This document shows positions 9,245 through 18,858 of a stretch of DNA of 64,000 bases, in pieces. How positions within the stretch are numbered: position 1 is the first letter of the stretch; every line of letters begins with the position of its first letter. A program made the position numbers and the translations under genes. The stretch is from Thermoplasmatales archaeon (GTDB lineage Archaea; Thermoplasmatota; Thermoplasmata; Thermoplasmatales; GCA-001856825): NCBI GenBank assembly GCA_038729485.1, contig JAVYRX010000002.1, positions 60,739-124,738 on the forward strand, read 5' to 3'. The notes under the pieces are model-generated. The model ran no database searches, was not told where the DNA came from, and was given only the letters and a program-made list of their open reading frames with translations.

Positions 9245-9999
9245 AAAAGGCAGATCCAGGGGTTGGAGATATCGTTGTTTGCACAGTCAAGGAAGTCAGG
9301 GATTTCGGAGTGGTATGTGCCCTAGACGAATTCAATAATAGGGAGGGTTTCATCCATATATCCGAAATAACATCTGGCTGGATAAAATACATCAGGGATT
9401 ACGTGCGGGAAGGCCAGAGGATCGTGTGCAAGGTTCTCGATGCAAACGCATCTAGGGGCCGTTTCGACCTGTCCCTAAGAAGGGTGAATGACCACCAGAG
9501 AAGGGAAAAATTGAGAGAATGGAAAAATGAGCAGAGATCAAAGAAGATTATAGAAAATATCCTCATTCAGAGCAAGGTAAAATTAGACAGCGCAAAAGCA
9601 ATGGATGAACTTGAAGACAAGTTTGGTTCACTATCCTATGCGTTGGAACTCGCGGTGTCAGATCCAGAACAGTTCGCTGATGGGACCAAGGGGAAGGAAT
9701 GGGCATCATTGATACTGGATTATGCAAAGGAAAATCTTAAACCGCCGGCCGCAGAGGTAAAGGGAACGATAACTTTGCGAGATGGGTCCAGCAAGGGGAT
9801 AGAAGCTATAAAGGATGCCCTTAAGTTGGGAATGAATGATAATGTCCAGATAACGTACGTTGGCGCCCCACATTACAGGATAGTAGCAAGGGCACCCGAC
9901 GTAAAACAGGCGGAAGAACTGATGAGAAAGACGGCCGAAACAATAATCTCTGCGATAAAGAAAAATGGGGGCTTCGGAGAAGGACCGGTGAGGGAATGA
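9241..9999 (+). CDS. eif2a: translation initiation factor 2 alpha subunit (aIF2-alpha)
   Basis: N-terminal S1 domain (GDIVVCTVKEVRDFGVVCALDEF...EGFIHISEI...SLRRV), ~250 aa, in conserved cluster context. Confidence 0.85.
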   Translation: MKKADPGVGDIVVCTVKEVRDFGVVCALDEFNNREGFIHISEITSGWIKYIRDYVREGQRIVCKVLDANASRGRFDLSLRRVNDHQRREKLREWKNEQRSKKIIENILIQSKVKLDSAKAMDELEDKFGSLSYALELAVSDPEQFADGTKGKEWASLILDYAKENLKPPAAEVKGTITLRDGSSKGIEAIKDALKLGMNDNVQITYVGAPHYRIVARAPDVKQAEELMRKTAETIISAIKKNGGFGEGPVRE

Positions 10000-10157
10000 A
10001 GACGCTTATCCAGAAATGCCCGAAGTGCGGTGCGTATACTATGCAAAGTACGTGTCCGGTATGTGGATCGAAGACAGTCTCCTCTCTCCCTCCACGATTT
10101 TCACCCCAGGACAAGTTTGGCAAATACAGGATGAGGATCCTGTATGGCAAGGAGTGA
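9996..10157 (+). CDS. nop10: H/ACA RNP protein Nop10 (53 aa; below ORF-track size cut-off)
   Basis: Hand translation gives MKTLIQKCPKCGAYTMQSTCPVCGSKTVSSLPPRFSPQDKFGKYRMRILYGKE*. The ATG overlaps the aIF2alpha stop (ATGA). The zinc ribbon plus PPRFSPxDKxxxYR is the Nop10 signature. Confidence 0.9.
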   Translation: MKTLIQKCPKCGAYTMQSTCPVCGSKTVSSLPPRFSPQDKFGKYRMRILYGKE

Positions 10158-10162
10158 GTTTT

Positions 10163-10912
10163 ATGGATAGTGTGATAATTAGATTGGCTGAAGACGTGAA
10201 ATTAAAGAATTCTGTACTTCTAGTGGGATTGCCGGGAATCGGAAATGTTGGAAAAATATCAGCGGATTTCCTGATAGAAAACTTAAAGGCGAAGAAACTG
10301 GCAGACGTTTTTTCCACGCACCTCCCTCCGCAGGTGCTGATTAACGAAGAAGCTTCCGCGAGGCTTGTGAGAAACGAACTATACTACAAAAAGAGGAAGG
10401 AAGGGGACCTGATTATTTTTACAGGTGACTTTCAAGGGCTGACATCACAAGGACAATACGAAATCTGTTACAGAGTGCTGGAGCTGACTCAGAAGTTTGA
10501 TGTTAAGAAGATAGTGACCCTAGGCGGCTATCAGATAGGGAAGCTAATGGAGATACCAAGAGTTCTAGGAGCTTATACCTCAAAAGATATGAAGAACGAG
10601 GTCGAGAAACTTGGCGTGGTATTTTCAAAGAATGAACCCGGAGGCGGCATTGTCGGAGGCGCTGGACTAATCCTCGGCTTGGGATTCGAGCTGTTTGACC
10701 TCCCCGGAGTGTGCTTGATGGGGGAGACATCAGGATACTTTACTGATCCAAAATCAGCTAAACAGGTGACAAAAGTGGTTGTGGACTACCTCAGATTAAA
10801 TGCAGATGTCTCCATTTTCGACGAGAGAATAAAAGAAATCGATGACATCACTAACAAGATGATGGAGGCGCCGCCAGAGGAAAAGAGGGAGGACCTGGGA
10901 TACTTTGGATAA
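10163..10912 (+). CDS. PAC2-family proteasome assembly chaperone-like protein (COG1938 type)
   Basis: MDSVIIRL...SVLLVGLPGIGNVGKISADFL... matches the PAC2 family. This is the usual last gene of the L44e-S27e-aIF2a-Nop10 cluster. The ORF-track version starting at 10016 overlaps Nop10 in another frame and is rejected. Confidence 0.7.
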   Translation: MDSVIIRLAEDVKLKNSVLLVGLPGIGNVGKISADFLIENLKAKKLADVFSTHLPPQVLINEEASARLVRNELYYKKRKEGDLIIFTGDFQGLTSQGQYEICYRVLELTQKFDVKKIVTLGGYQIGKLMEIPRVLGAYTSKDMKNEVEKLGVVFSKNEPGGGIVGGAGLILGLGFELFDLPGVCLMGETSGYFTDPKSAKQVTKVVVDYLRLNADVSIFDERIKEIDDITNKMMEAPPEEKREDLGYFG

Positions 10913-10983
10913 TCTTCATAGGAACGGGTATTTTCATAAACCCTCACAGTTAAAAATAAATATCACTTTGCTTATCGCCTCCC

Positions 10984-11148
10984 ATGGAAGAGCTGCTTGT
11001 TCACTTTGATATTCTTAAGGATGGTCCTAAATTTATAGCGAAGGTAAAAAGCGAGATGGGAGGGCTCAGGGAGTTCTCAGCAAGAAACATAGACAAGCTC
11101 ATGGAGCAGGTCATAATAGACATAAGCGAAGAATTCGAGAACGTTTAA
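10984..11148 (+). CDS. small hypothetical protein (54 aa), not in ORF track
   Basis: Hand translation gives MEELLVHFDILKDGPKFIAKVKSEMGGLREFSARNIDKLMEQVIIDISEEFENV*. It fills an otherwise empty 243-nt gap. It has a strand-strand-helix look reminiscent of HicB/UPF0150-like small proteins, but I cannot verify this. Confidence 0.3.
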   Translation: MEELLVHFDILKDGPKFIAKVKSEMGGLREFSARNIDKLMEQVIIDISEEFENV

Positions 11149-11155
11149 TTTTTTA

Positions 11156-12382
11156 TTATCTTGGATGGAGGGCCGAGTATAGGCGCCTCATCAACAGCGG
11201 CTGAACCGTAAGCGACACGAATATCACTATGAGAATTATGGCCTCTATAGCCTTGCCCCAAAAGGTGAGAAGAGGATTCCCCGTTTCTATTCCTAGGATC
11301 AGGATTGTCGGGGAAAGTATCGCAGGAAACACTCCCCTTGTACCCTCAAAGCCAACGAACAACAAATCCCGCTTGTCAATGTTTACGTCCAGTGAGCCCG
11401 CTACCATGACAGCCATGGGCCTGACCAGGAATATCAGCGCAAGTGAGATCAGTATTCCAGCTATCAAATACGACCCGAGAATGGATAAGTCTATGGAAGC
11501 GCCAAGAAAGACGAATATCAATATTGACGCAAACCATGACAAATTATCCATGAAAGTGGAGTAGTTTTCAAACTCCGGATCTCGAGGCATGAAGTTGCCA
11601 GACAGGACACCGAATATCGCTGCCGACATGTATCCGGATGCCCCCGCAACAAGAGCTAGTGTGTAGGACGACAGACCGAACAGGAGGAACATGGCGGTGT
11701 AGTAGTCTCTGAAAGCCCTCGGCAACTGGACTCTCAGTAGATAAAGAAGGCCGAAAAGAGAGGCAGATATAGATATAGGGAGCAATCCTTGAGTGAAAAT
11801 GACGTATAAAGCAATGCTGTTAAATTTCAGCGGTGATGACTGTATGAAGCCTACGTTGGAAGGGAAGAAGACCAGGACTACGAGTATCAGGAAAAGATAT
11901 GAAAAGGGATCGTTGAAAACGGACTCTGAAACAAGAAGGGTGGATGGCACTTCCGGTATCCTGCTCTTTTTCAGGGATGTTATCACGGAAGCGGGGTCCG
12001 TTGAAGAAATTATTGCTCCTATAACGAATCCCACCCAGATCGGAGCCTTTACCACAAGTATGACAACGATCCCCGTTGCTATACCGGTTACGAAGAGCAC
12101 GAATGTCAGAAGAAGGGAGAGAGGTTTTATCACCCTTCTCAGGATAAACCTGTTAATCTTGCTTGACTCAGCCAATATTATGAATGCGGCACCGATGGGG
12201 CCGACGTAATTGTAGAATAGCAATGCGGCTTCGTTTGGTTTTATGAAATAGAATACGGGTCCAACCAAGATTCCAAGAAGCAGGAGATATGGTATGTAGA
12301 CCGTTCCTGTGGCCCTAGCTATCAGCGTTGCAAGATAACCTACGGTTAATGCAATCAGGACAGGGCCCAGGAAATTGTACAT
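11156..12382 (-). CDS. Na+/H+ (cation:proton) antiporter, CPA1/NhaP-like
   Basis: 408 aa polytopic membrane protein. LLLGILVGP near the N-terminus and ISSTDPASV (the TD motif of the sodium/hydrogen exchanger family) are present. Confidence 0.7.
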   Translation of the reverse strand: MYNFLGPVLIALTVGYLATLIARATGTVYIPYLLLLGILVGPVFYFIKPNEAALLFYNYVGPIGAAFIILAESSKINRFILRRVIKPLSLLLTFVLFVTGIATGIVVILVVKAPIWVGFVIGAIISSTDPASVITSLKKSRIPEVPSTLLVSESVFNDPFSYLFLILVVLVFFPSNVGFIQSSPLKFNSIALYVIFTQGLLPISISASLFGLLYLLRVQLPRAFRDYYTAMFLLFGLSSYTLALVAGASGYMSAAIFGVLSGNFMPRDPEFENYSTFMDNLSWFASILIFVFLGASIDLSILGSYLIAGILISLALIFLVRPMAVMVAGSLDVNIDKRDLLFVGFEGTRGVFPAILSPTILILGIETGNPLLTFWGKAIEAIILIVIFVSLTVQPLLMRRLYSALHPR

Positions 12383-12408
12383 GCACTTGTAATATCTATG
12401 GGATTAAT

Positions 12409-13236
12409 TTATTTTCCACTGCTCTTGTTCTTCCATCCCTTGGGATATATTCCCCTATCTACCAGGACAACAGTCGGCTTTACGTTCTGCCCATCGCGTA
12501 TTCCCATCCCCAATAATTCGCCCCGAGGGCTCATTATTCTTACTGTTTTCCCTTCCCTGTCGTCTTCAATTATTCCTGTCCTGAAAATTGTTGCTCCGTG
12601 TGCCATAGCATCGATTGCGCTTTCTTTGACGATGATCGTTTTATAATCCTTAGTAACCTGCTCAGGGTCTATTATTATGGAGGACAGTAGTTTGCCGTCC
12701 CCTTCTCTGTATAAAGTAACGGCGTCTTTGAGCTTCTGAAGGGTGACCATGGAGGATTCGTCCAACGGACCGCTCCTGGTACGTCTTAACTCTACAAGAT
12801 TAGCTCCAACTAGCAACGCATCCCCTATGTCTCGGCAGAGCGTCCTTATATAGACACCCGATTCAACGTATGCCTTAAAGAGAACGTAACGGCCATCCAT
12901 CTCCAGTAGTTTTAAAGAATACACCCTCCTCTTTCTGAGATTTCTCGCAACTGCGGACCTTAGAGGAGGAAATTGAAATATCTCCCCCGTGAACTGGCTC
13001 ATCATATTCTCAACGGATGCCCTATCAAGCTCCTTGTGAAGTATCATGATTCCAACGTATTCCTTCCCCTGTTCGTGCAGGAAGTCGGCAAGTCTTGTTG
13101 CCTTTTCGAGACCAACAGGAAGAACACCGGTGGCATTTGGATCAAGCGTGCCGACATGGCCTGCCTTAGAAACGCCCGTTATACTTCTTACCCAGGAGGA
13201 AACCTGATGTGAAGTTGGACCCCTAGGCTTATCCAC
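12409..13236 (-). CDS. cbf5: tRNA/rRNA pseudouridine synthase Cbf5 (TruB family, H/ACA RNP catalytic subunit) with C-terminal PUA domain
   Basis: DKPRGPTSHQV...GHVGTLDPNATGVLPV is the TruB catalytic Asp motif. It sits after cmk as in other archaea. The annotated start is GTG, and homology appears to continue upstream to 13311 (see finding). Confidence 0.85.
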   Translation of the reverse strand: MDKPRGPTSHQVSSWVRSITGVSKAGHVGTLDPNATGVLPVGLEKATRLADFLHEQGKEYVGIMILHKELDRASVENMMSQFTGEIFQFPPLRSAVARNLRKRRVYSLKLLEMDGRYVLFKAYVESGVYIRTLCRDIGDALLVGANLVELRRTRSGPLDESSMVTLQKLKDAVTLYREGDGKLLSSIIIDPEQVTKDYKTIIVKESAIDAMAHGATIFRTGIIEDDREGKTVRIMSPRGELLGMGIRDGQNVKPTVVLVDRGIYPKGWKNKSSGK

Positions 13237-13264
13237 GACTATAAAGCCGTAAGACAGCCTTTCT

Positions 13265-13831
13265 TCAATGCTCCTTTCTTCCGGATTTTTGCCAAAGACC
13301 GAGGCCAGAGATTATCACCTCCGAGACCTCCTGGGCACTTCTGTCACTTGAATCAACCACAACATCATAAATTGACCTGTCTGAGTAATCTATACCATAG
13401 TACTTGAGATATCTTTCAGCCTCGCTCTTTTCCCTTTCTCTCGTTTCTTTCAAAATGTCTCTCTCGCCCTCCCCCGGCCTTTCATTTAAAGACGAAACAA
13501 TCCTCGATACGCGGACTTCTTCCTTCGCATCGATGAATACCTTGAAGGCCGCAATTCCGTTCAGGTGGCATAGCCACCCCGCGAGTCTCGACTCGACAAT
13601 CACATTGTCCTTTCCCTTCAGGAGCTTGAGGAGGTAGTCGTCCATTGATCTGTCTATTTTATCTTGCTCCTCAGCTATGGCCCCAAGCTCAGAAAGACTT
13701 ATGTTCATTTTTTCCGCCCATTCCCTGAATATTTTCCCCCCAACTACTAGCTCCATAGAAAGCTTGTTGCTCAGTATTTCCGCGACCGTAGTCTTTCCGC
13801 TACCCGGAGGACCCGATATAGTTATTCTCAT
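13265..13831 (-). CDS. cmk: cytidylate kinase, archaeal type
   Basis: MRITISGPPGSGKTTVAEIL P-loop, ~188 aa, in the conserved position between the DUF106 gene and cbf5. Confidence 0.85.
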   Translation of the reverse strand: MRITISGPPGSGKTTVAEILSNKLSMELVVGGKIFREWAEKMNISLSELGAIAEEQDKIDRSMDDYLLKLLKGKDNVIVESRLAGWLCHLNGIAAFKVFIDAKEEVRVSRIVSSLNERPGEGERDILKETREREKSEAERYLKYYGIDYSDRSIYDVVVDSSDRSAQEVSEVIISGLGLWQKSGRKEH

Positions 13832-14522
13832 TCTTCACACTTCTTCTGAGATAAAGCATCTTAAGACCATATTGGAAGGGATAGGTGAAAACGAGAGAGA
13901 AGAGAGAATACAGACCTATCCAGGCATAAAAACCGAAGTATAGATGCATAAGGCTTCCGGTACCAAACGGAGATTTGGCCATTATGCTTGGAAGCGTTGC
14001 AGCATGAGCCATAAACCCTATCAGCCACGCAAAGATAAAAACTGTGAGTATTAGCGTCGCAAACGTGGGCTTCATTTGCTGAGTTGTGTATTTCATGGAC
14101 TGCTGCATCGAACGTTGCTGTTCCTGTCTCACGGCCTCCATCTCCTGCTTATTCCTTGATTTTATTGCTTCTCTGTATCTCTCAGATAGTTTCTTGTTCT
14201 TGAACTGCATCTCCGCCATTCCGAAGTAATCAGTATAAAAGTGCCTTGCTATGGTGTTAACGAACCCAGTCAGCAAGGACGCTATCAGTATCGTGAATAT
14301 TGGTTCTGAATAGTTGAAACCTATAATAGGCTGAAGAATGTAAATCATCGGAATAGCAAAAATATCCCTTAGCCCCTTAATTGTATAGACAAAAAGGAGG
14401 AGTATCATGATAACGAAATATAGCATCTGTGTTCTCATTGTAGCCTGCATTGCCTGCTGTTCCTCTTTCGTCTGCTGCGGCCTCTGCTGAGCTTGCTTCT
14501 GAGGCACTGGCCTCTGGCTCAT
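13800..14522 (-). CDS. DUF106 / EMC3-TMCO1-like membrane protein (archaeal YidC/Oxa1-like insertase candidate)
   Basis: It has three hydrophobic segments with a long basic coiled region between TM1 and TM2 (KNKKLSERYREAIKSRNKQEMEAVRQEQQR). It holds the conserved adk/cmk-flanked position. The N-terminus is Gln-rich. Confidence 0.65.
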   Translation of the reverse strand: MSQRPVPQKQAQQRPQQTKEEQQAMQATMRTQMLYFVIMILLLFVYTIKGLRDIFAIPMIYILQPIIGFNYSEPIFTILIASLLTGFVNTIARHFYTDYFGMAEMQFKNKKLSERYREAIKSRNKQEMEAVRQEQQRSMQQSMKYTTQQMKPTFATLILTVFIFAWLIGFMAHAATLPSIMAKSPFGTGSLMHLYFGFYAWIGLYSLFSLVFTYPFQYGLKMLYLRRSVKNENNYIGSSG

Positions 14523-15076
14523 TTCTTGTCACCTCCAGAGATTATATCAGCTATCCTTTTAGTGGCTTCATCGGCCTTTCCGTCCTCGTTCATAACGACT
14601 AGCAATGGGGCGCCCGTCAGGGCGGAATACGAGAAGCCGTATGACCTGTTTGCGTCTAGATGCTGCCTAATCTTTTCGAGAGTATCGCGGTCCCTGTTTC
14701 TATTTACGTCCTTTCTTCTTCTCTCGAATATTTCCAGAGGATCCGCTTCTATGGATATCAAGAGATCTGGATTCAATATGCCCAGTACGCCGTACGGGAG
14801 TCCGGGAAGGTACCCGGAATTTGTAACGATGGAAAAGTGCGTGTCAATGACCACGTCCTTTTTGGATGCAAGTTTCTTCGCAGCCATCAACTGTATCTCC
14901 TTCTGCAAATCCACAGAAAGCTTCCTTATTTCGTCCCTATTTGATACAAAACCCTTCTCCTTCGCCTCGTTAAACATGATGTCTCCATAATTTTCCACGT
15001 CTATGCCCGCGATTCTTAGACCGCTGAGTATCGTTGTCTTTCCAACCCCGGGTATGCCTCCAATGATAACTCTCAA
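14519..15076 (-). CDS. adkA: adenylate kinase, archaeal type
   Basis: MRVIIGGIPGVGKTTIL P-loop, ~185 aa, immediately downstream of secY. Confidence 0.85.
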   Translation of the reverse strand: MRVIIGGIPGVGKTTILSGLRIAGIDVENYGDIMFNEAKEKGFVSNRDEIRKLSVDLQKEIQLMAAKKLASKKDVVIDTHFSIVTNSGYLPGLPYGVLGILNPDLLISIEADPLEIFERRRKDVNRNRDRDTLEKIRQHLDANRSYGFSYSALTGAPLLVVMNEDGKADEATKRIADIISGGDKK

Positions 15077-16831
15077 CTACAACCCTCCGAAGAAGTCTCT
15101 CATAAACGGATACATCTCAGTCATTTGTTCTTTTCCCATTGCCTGATATAGCTGTATAACGATGCCTACCGTCAGAAGAACTCCAGTTCCCGAGGCATTT
15201 CCGACCGTCCCGATTAAATCTGCAGAAGCAGCAAGAGCGCCTACGGCCGCTCCGCTGAACACAGTTATCGCCGGAATGTACTTGTCAAGAACACGTTTCA
15301 ACACCCTTGGATCTCGCCTGAATCCGGGTATCTGCATCCCCGAGCTTTGTATCTGCCTTGCAACCCCCTCAGAGTTCATATTTGTAGTTTCGATCCAGAA
15401 TTTGGCGAACATCACTGAAGCACCAACCATAAAGGCAACGTAAGCCAGCACATGAACGCCCATTTCCCATGGGGTGTGATTTATCAGCTCAGGTTGGTAT
15501 GCTGACGGTTGAAGCATGGGAAAGAGCCAGTTTGCAATACCATTTGGATTCGCGAGGTACCAGGCCAGACCACCTATCGGAGTGGTCTGCTGAATGTTCA
15601 GAGACTGTGCCAGGGACGAGGTAGGATATGCACCAAAGAAAAAGTCGTGACCAAGTATAGGTATCTTGGCGAGCGTTGGATTGGTCCAGAACAGAAGAGA
15701 CCACATTGATAGATTCGCAAGCACTGCTGCCGCCAGTATTACTGGTATATTGGATGCATACATGAGTTGTATTGGATACCTCCCTCTTGCCCCTCTAGCC
15801 CTTTCATGAGCAAGCGGAAGTTCCACCTTAACGGACTGTGCCCACACAACAAGGAAGAATATGAATATTGTACCGACCAGCGCTATCAGAGGATTAGGAG
15901 GCGAGAATATTATTCTTTCAAGGCCTCCAGAAAACAGCTGAGCGGAATTGAACTGGTGGAGAAGATAGAATGTTTTTGGAAGTGCTCCCGTGGGCGGGTT
16001 TAGAATGGAGAGAGCTTGACCCGACGTTATTGGAACCCAGTTAAGAGTCCCAAGGACAAGCGCTTGCGATACCCCAGCAGCTATGAACAAGGATACACCA
16101 GATCCTATTCCCCATTTCGACACAACCTCATCCATGAGGAAGAGAAGATAGGAACCCATGAATACCTGGAGAATAATTATCAATCTGGCAAGCATGAGAC
16201 CATAACCAGGTATGGCCGCATTGAATGCAGATATTATGGCAGGATCTGGAGGTAGATAACCGAATACCTGAGGAATCGCTTCTATGAAAATCATTATGAT
16301 GACAAGAAGCTTCTGCGCTCCCTGGTACAGCGCCTTGTCCTCTGATTTAGTAAGGTCTATGTTGATGATCTTGGCCCCGACAAACAGCTGCATCACGATG
16401 CTTGCAGTTACTATGGGCCCAATGCCCAGATCAAGAATGGAACCCGCCTGACCTGCAAATATGGATCTGAATGAAGCGAAAACGTCGACAATTTGTGATT
16501 TTTCGAGACCATATATGAATATGTTCGAGAGTATGAAATATATTATGAGAATGAGGGCTGTCCACAGAAACTTCTCCTTAAATCTCACGTGTCTTCCTGG
16601 TTTCCTTACGGCTGGAAGCCTTTCAACCAGATTTTTCCATCCGTAGAGCTTGGAACCTTCTCCCTTGTAGGAAACGAGAAGATAGACAAGGTAATACATT
16701 GGAGCAAAGAATATGGACTCTATTACAGTAGCTCCAACTACGTAATGCGAATATCGATACAGGATGTAAACGTTAAGCGCATAAAGTAGGATAAGGGGAA
16801 GAGCTGTGAACTTATTCCTCTTTATCTCCAT
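15077..16831 (-). CDS. secY: preprotein translocase subunit SecY (long form, 584 aa)
   Basis: A polytopic protein following L15. The canonical SecY N-terminal pattern LPAVRKPGRHVRFKEKFLWTAL begins only at residue ~72 (see finding). Confidence 0.9.
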   Translation of the reverse strand: MEIKRNKFTALPLILLYALNVYILYRYSHYVVGATVIESIFFAPMYYLVYLLVSYKGEGSKLYGWKNLVERLPAVRKPGRHVRFKEKFLWTALILIIYFILSNIFIYGLEKSQIVDVFASFRSIFAGQAGSILDLGIGPIVTASIVMQLFVGAKIINIDLTKSEDKALYQGAQKLLVIIMIFIEAIPQVFGYLPPDPAIISAFNAAIPGYGLMLARLIIILQVFMGSYLLFLMDEVVSKWGIGSGVSLFIAAGVSQALVLGTLNWVPITSGQALSILNPPTGALPKTFYLLHQFNSAQLFSGGLERIIFSPPNPLIALVGTIFIFFLVVWAQSVKVELPLAHERARGARGRYPIQLMYASNIPVILAAAVLANLSMWSLLFWTNPTLAKIPILGHDFFFGAYPTSSLAQSLNIQQTTPIGGLAWYLANPNGIANWLFPMLQPSAYQPELINHTPWEMGVHVLAYVAFMVGASVMFAKFWIETTNMNSEGVARQIQSSGMQIPGFRRDPRVLKRVLDKYIPAITVFSGAAVGALAASADLIGTVGNASGTGVLLTVGIVIQLYQAMGKEQMTEMYPFMRDFFGGL

Positions 16832-17258
16832 CTATTTCTACCTCTCCCCCGGCGCTCCTAACTTTTTCGACTGCACGATCCGTGGCCCTCCCTACCTTAA
16901 TATAAAACGGCCTTCCGACCTGCCCTCCCCCAAGCAAAATAGTATAGCCCATTTCCTTTAGATTGACATTTATCCTGTCGTTCTCTACTCTTGCACTCCC
17001 GTTTTGAACCAGATCGTTGAATGACCTGTCTAACTCTCCGACATTTATTGCCTTGGCTTCCCTGCGTTGGGCGTGCCTGACGAAACCGTGAGACCCATAG
17101 TGATCCGGCTCGTATTTCACCATCCAGATCCACCTGTGCTTTCCTAAGCCCGCCATGCCGCTTCCTCCTCTCTTTCCCTTTCCCCTGCCTGCCTTCTTAC
17201 CTCTTCCGTAGAGGGACCCCCTGTATTTCTTAGTCTTTTGCTTTACCAAGGTCACCAC
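16812..17258 (-). CDS. rpl15: 50S ribosomal protein L15 (uL15)
   Basis: KKYRGS...GRGKKAGRGKGKRGGSGMAGLGKH glycine/basic N-terminus; operon position. Confidence 0.92.
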   Translation of the reverse strand: MVTLVKQKTKKYRGSLYGRGKKAGRGKGKRGGSGMAGLGKHRWIWMVKYEPDHYGSHGFVRHAQRREAKAINVGELDRSFNDLVQNGSARVENDRINVNLKEMGYTILLGGGQVGRPFYIKVGRATDRAVEKVRSAGGEVEIDGDKEE

Positions 17259-17712
17259 CTTCCAGCATTCTGTCTATGAGATCGTTTATCGCACTTCCCC
17301 TATATCCAAGGTCTCCACGCATGGAGTAGGGCCTCTTGGTTGATTTATATCCGCCTTTCGGAGGATTCATCCTGAACACAGGTTTAAGTCCGGGAATGTC
17401 CTTAATTCTTATGCTTCCATCCATCAGTTTAGATGCCATTTCCTCAAATGAGCCGAAGCCAAGTTCCTTTAAAACATTATCGCCCAGGTGCTTACCTCCG
17501 GTCATTACGGCATCCTTTTCCAGCAGCTTCACAAGATGCTCCTTATCTATCTCCCCCCATGTTATGTAATCCTTGGCCTTTTTCAGCTGGCCAAGCTGAG
17601 ATTCATCGACTATGACCAGGTGATTGTTTCTGTTGAGCCTCAATTCCTCGAATGCTCTCCTTATGCCTACCTCCGTCTTATTGCTTCCTCTGATCTTGAT
17701 TGCTGCTAACAC
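17230..17712 (-). CDS. rpl30: 50S ribosomal protein L30 (uL30)
   Basis: [10 protein letters not shown]...[19 protein letters not shown]; operon position between S5 and L15. Confidence 0.92.
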   Translation of the reverse strand: MLAAIKIRGSNKTEVGIRRAFEELRLNRNNHLVIVDESQLGQLKKAKDYITWGEIDKEHLVKLLEKDAVMTGGKHLGDNVLKELGFGSFEEMASKLMDGSIRIKDIPGLKPVFRMNPPKGGYKSTKRPYSMRGDLGYRGSAINDLIDRMLEGGDLGKAKD

Positions 17713-18364
17713 TCATCACACCTCCTTTGTAAATTGGCGTACTCAGCACCAGCTTACTGTTCATTTTAAATCTAACAGTTTCCTTTAGGGCGTTGAAAGT
17801 CGCGTACGCAAAATTCACCGTGCTCTTGGTATGACCTTCGGAGAAACCCCAAGTATCCTGAATGCCAGCCATCGAGAGAACCTTTTTTGGTATATCGCCT
17901 ATTGCAAGGCCTACGCCCTGTGGTGCGGGCTTGAGATATACACGAACGGAACCTGATTTCCCCATGACCTCGTACGGGAGAGTATGGCTTCTCCCGCAAC
18001 CGCATTCCCAAGAACCGCAACCCCTCTTTATCTCTATTATATTTAGCTTTGCATTTTCTATAGCCTTCTCTATGGCATCCCCCGTTTCCCTCGCCTTGGC
18101 ATGACCCATGCCCACGTATCCGTCCCTGTTTCCAACAACGACAGTAGCCGCAAATTTTACCTTTCTGCCCGAATCAGACATCTTCTGAACCATCTTTATT
18201 TCTATCACTTCATCTACCATATTCGGGAGTAGAGCATCGACTATGCCTGGTTCCCGTATGGGAACGTGCATTGCGATCACTTCGGATATTGACTTCAACT
18301 GCCCTTCTTTCACCATCTTGCCGAGACGAGTTCTCGGTACCCATTCTATCGCTTCCTTAGTCAC
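17678..18364 (-). CDS. rps5: 30S ribosomal protein S5 (uS5)
   Basis: [11 protein letters not shown]...[22 protein letters not shown]...[10 protein letters not shown]; operon position. Confidence 0.92.
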   Translation of the reverse strand: MTKEAIEWVPRTRLGKMVKEGQLKSISEVIAMHVPIREPGIVDALLPNMVDEVIEIKMVQKMSDSGRKVKFAATVVVGNRDGYVGMGHAKARETGDAIEKAIENAKLNIIEIKRGCGSWECGCGRSHTLPYEVMGKSGSVRVYLKPAPQGVGLAIGDIPKKVLSMAGIQDTWGFSEGHTKSTVNFAYATFNALKETVRFKMNSKLVLSTPIYKGGVMSVSSNQDQRKQ

Positions 18365-18858
18365 AATGATTCCTCCATTAACTTTTTCACCTGTTCAACC
18401 TTTTCTGTCTCAACCGTCTTAAGATGCTTCCCCAAAATCCTGGATTCATCCGGGAATAAACCATCTTCGAATGGAATGCTAAGTCCGGCATCGCGCAAAC
18501 CTTTCACGCAGCTCAAGATCCTTGAGCCCTTCACCACCTTCTGCACCCCAAGGTCTATGATGACTCTATCAATCCCTTTCTTCTTCGCACGGATGCCTGC
18601 AAGATAACCTGCAAGATAGGCTGCAGGCGTATTTCCTGTAGGACTTGTCCACCCAAATTTCTTTAATTCTATAGTTGAACCGTGAACCAGTATCTTGTCT
18701 CCGGTTTCGTTGAATTCAGCTATATTTACAAGCGAATGTTTCAATGACCTTCGTATTATGGCGCGAGGTATGCCGCTCTTCACAAATGCGAGTCTCTTTG
18801 AATAATCCGTTTTCATAAGACGCCTTCTTTTCAATGGCATAACGTGCTTTGAGTTCAT
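18361..18858 (-). CDS. rpl18: 50S ribosomal protein L18 (uL18)
   Basis: [16 protein letters not shown]...[12 protein letters not shown]; operon position. Confidence 0.92.
   Translation of the reverse strand: MNSKHVMPLKRRRLMKTDYSKRLAFVKSGIPRAIIRRSLKHSLVNIAEFNETGDKILVHGSTIELKKFGWTSPTGNTPAAYLAGYLAGIRAKKKGIDRVIIDLGVQKVVKGSRILSCVKGLRDAGLSIPFEDGLFPDESRILGKHLKTVETEKVEQVKKLMEESL

Noticed and set aside
10016-10162. Long (298-aa) version of the PAC2-family ORF
   Set aside because: Its first 49 codons overlap Nop10 in another frame and look non-protein-like. The internal ATG at 10163 follows the Nop10 stop by 5 nt and begins the conserved sequence.
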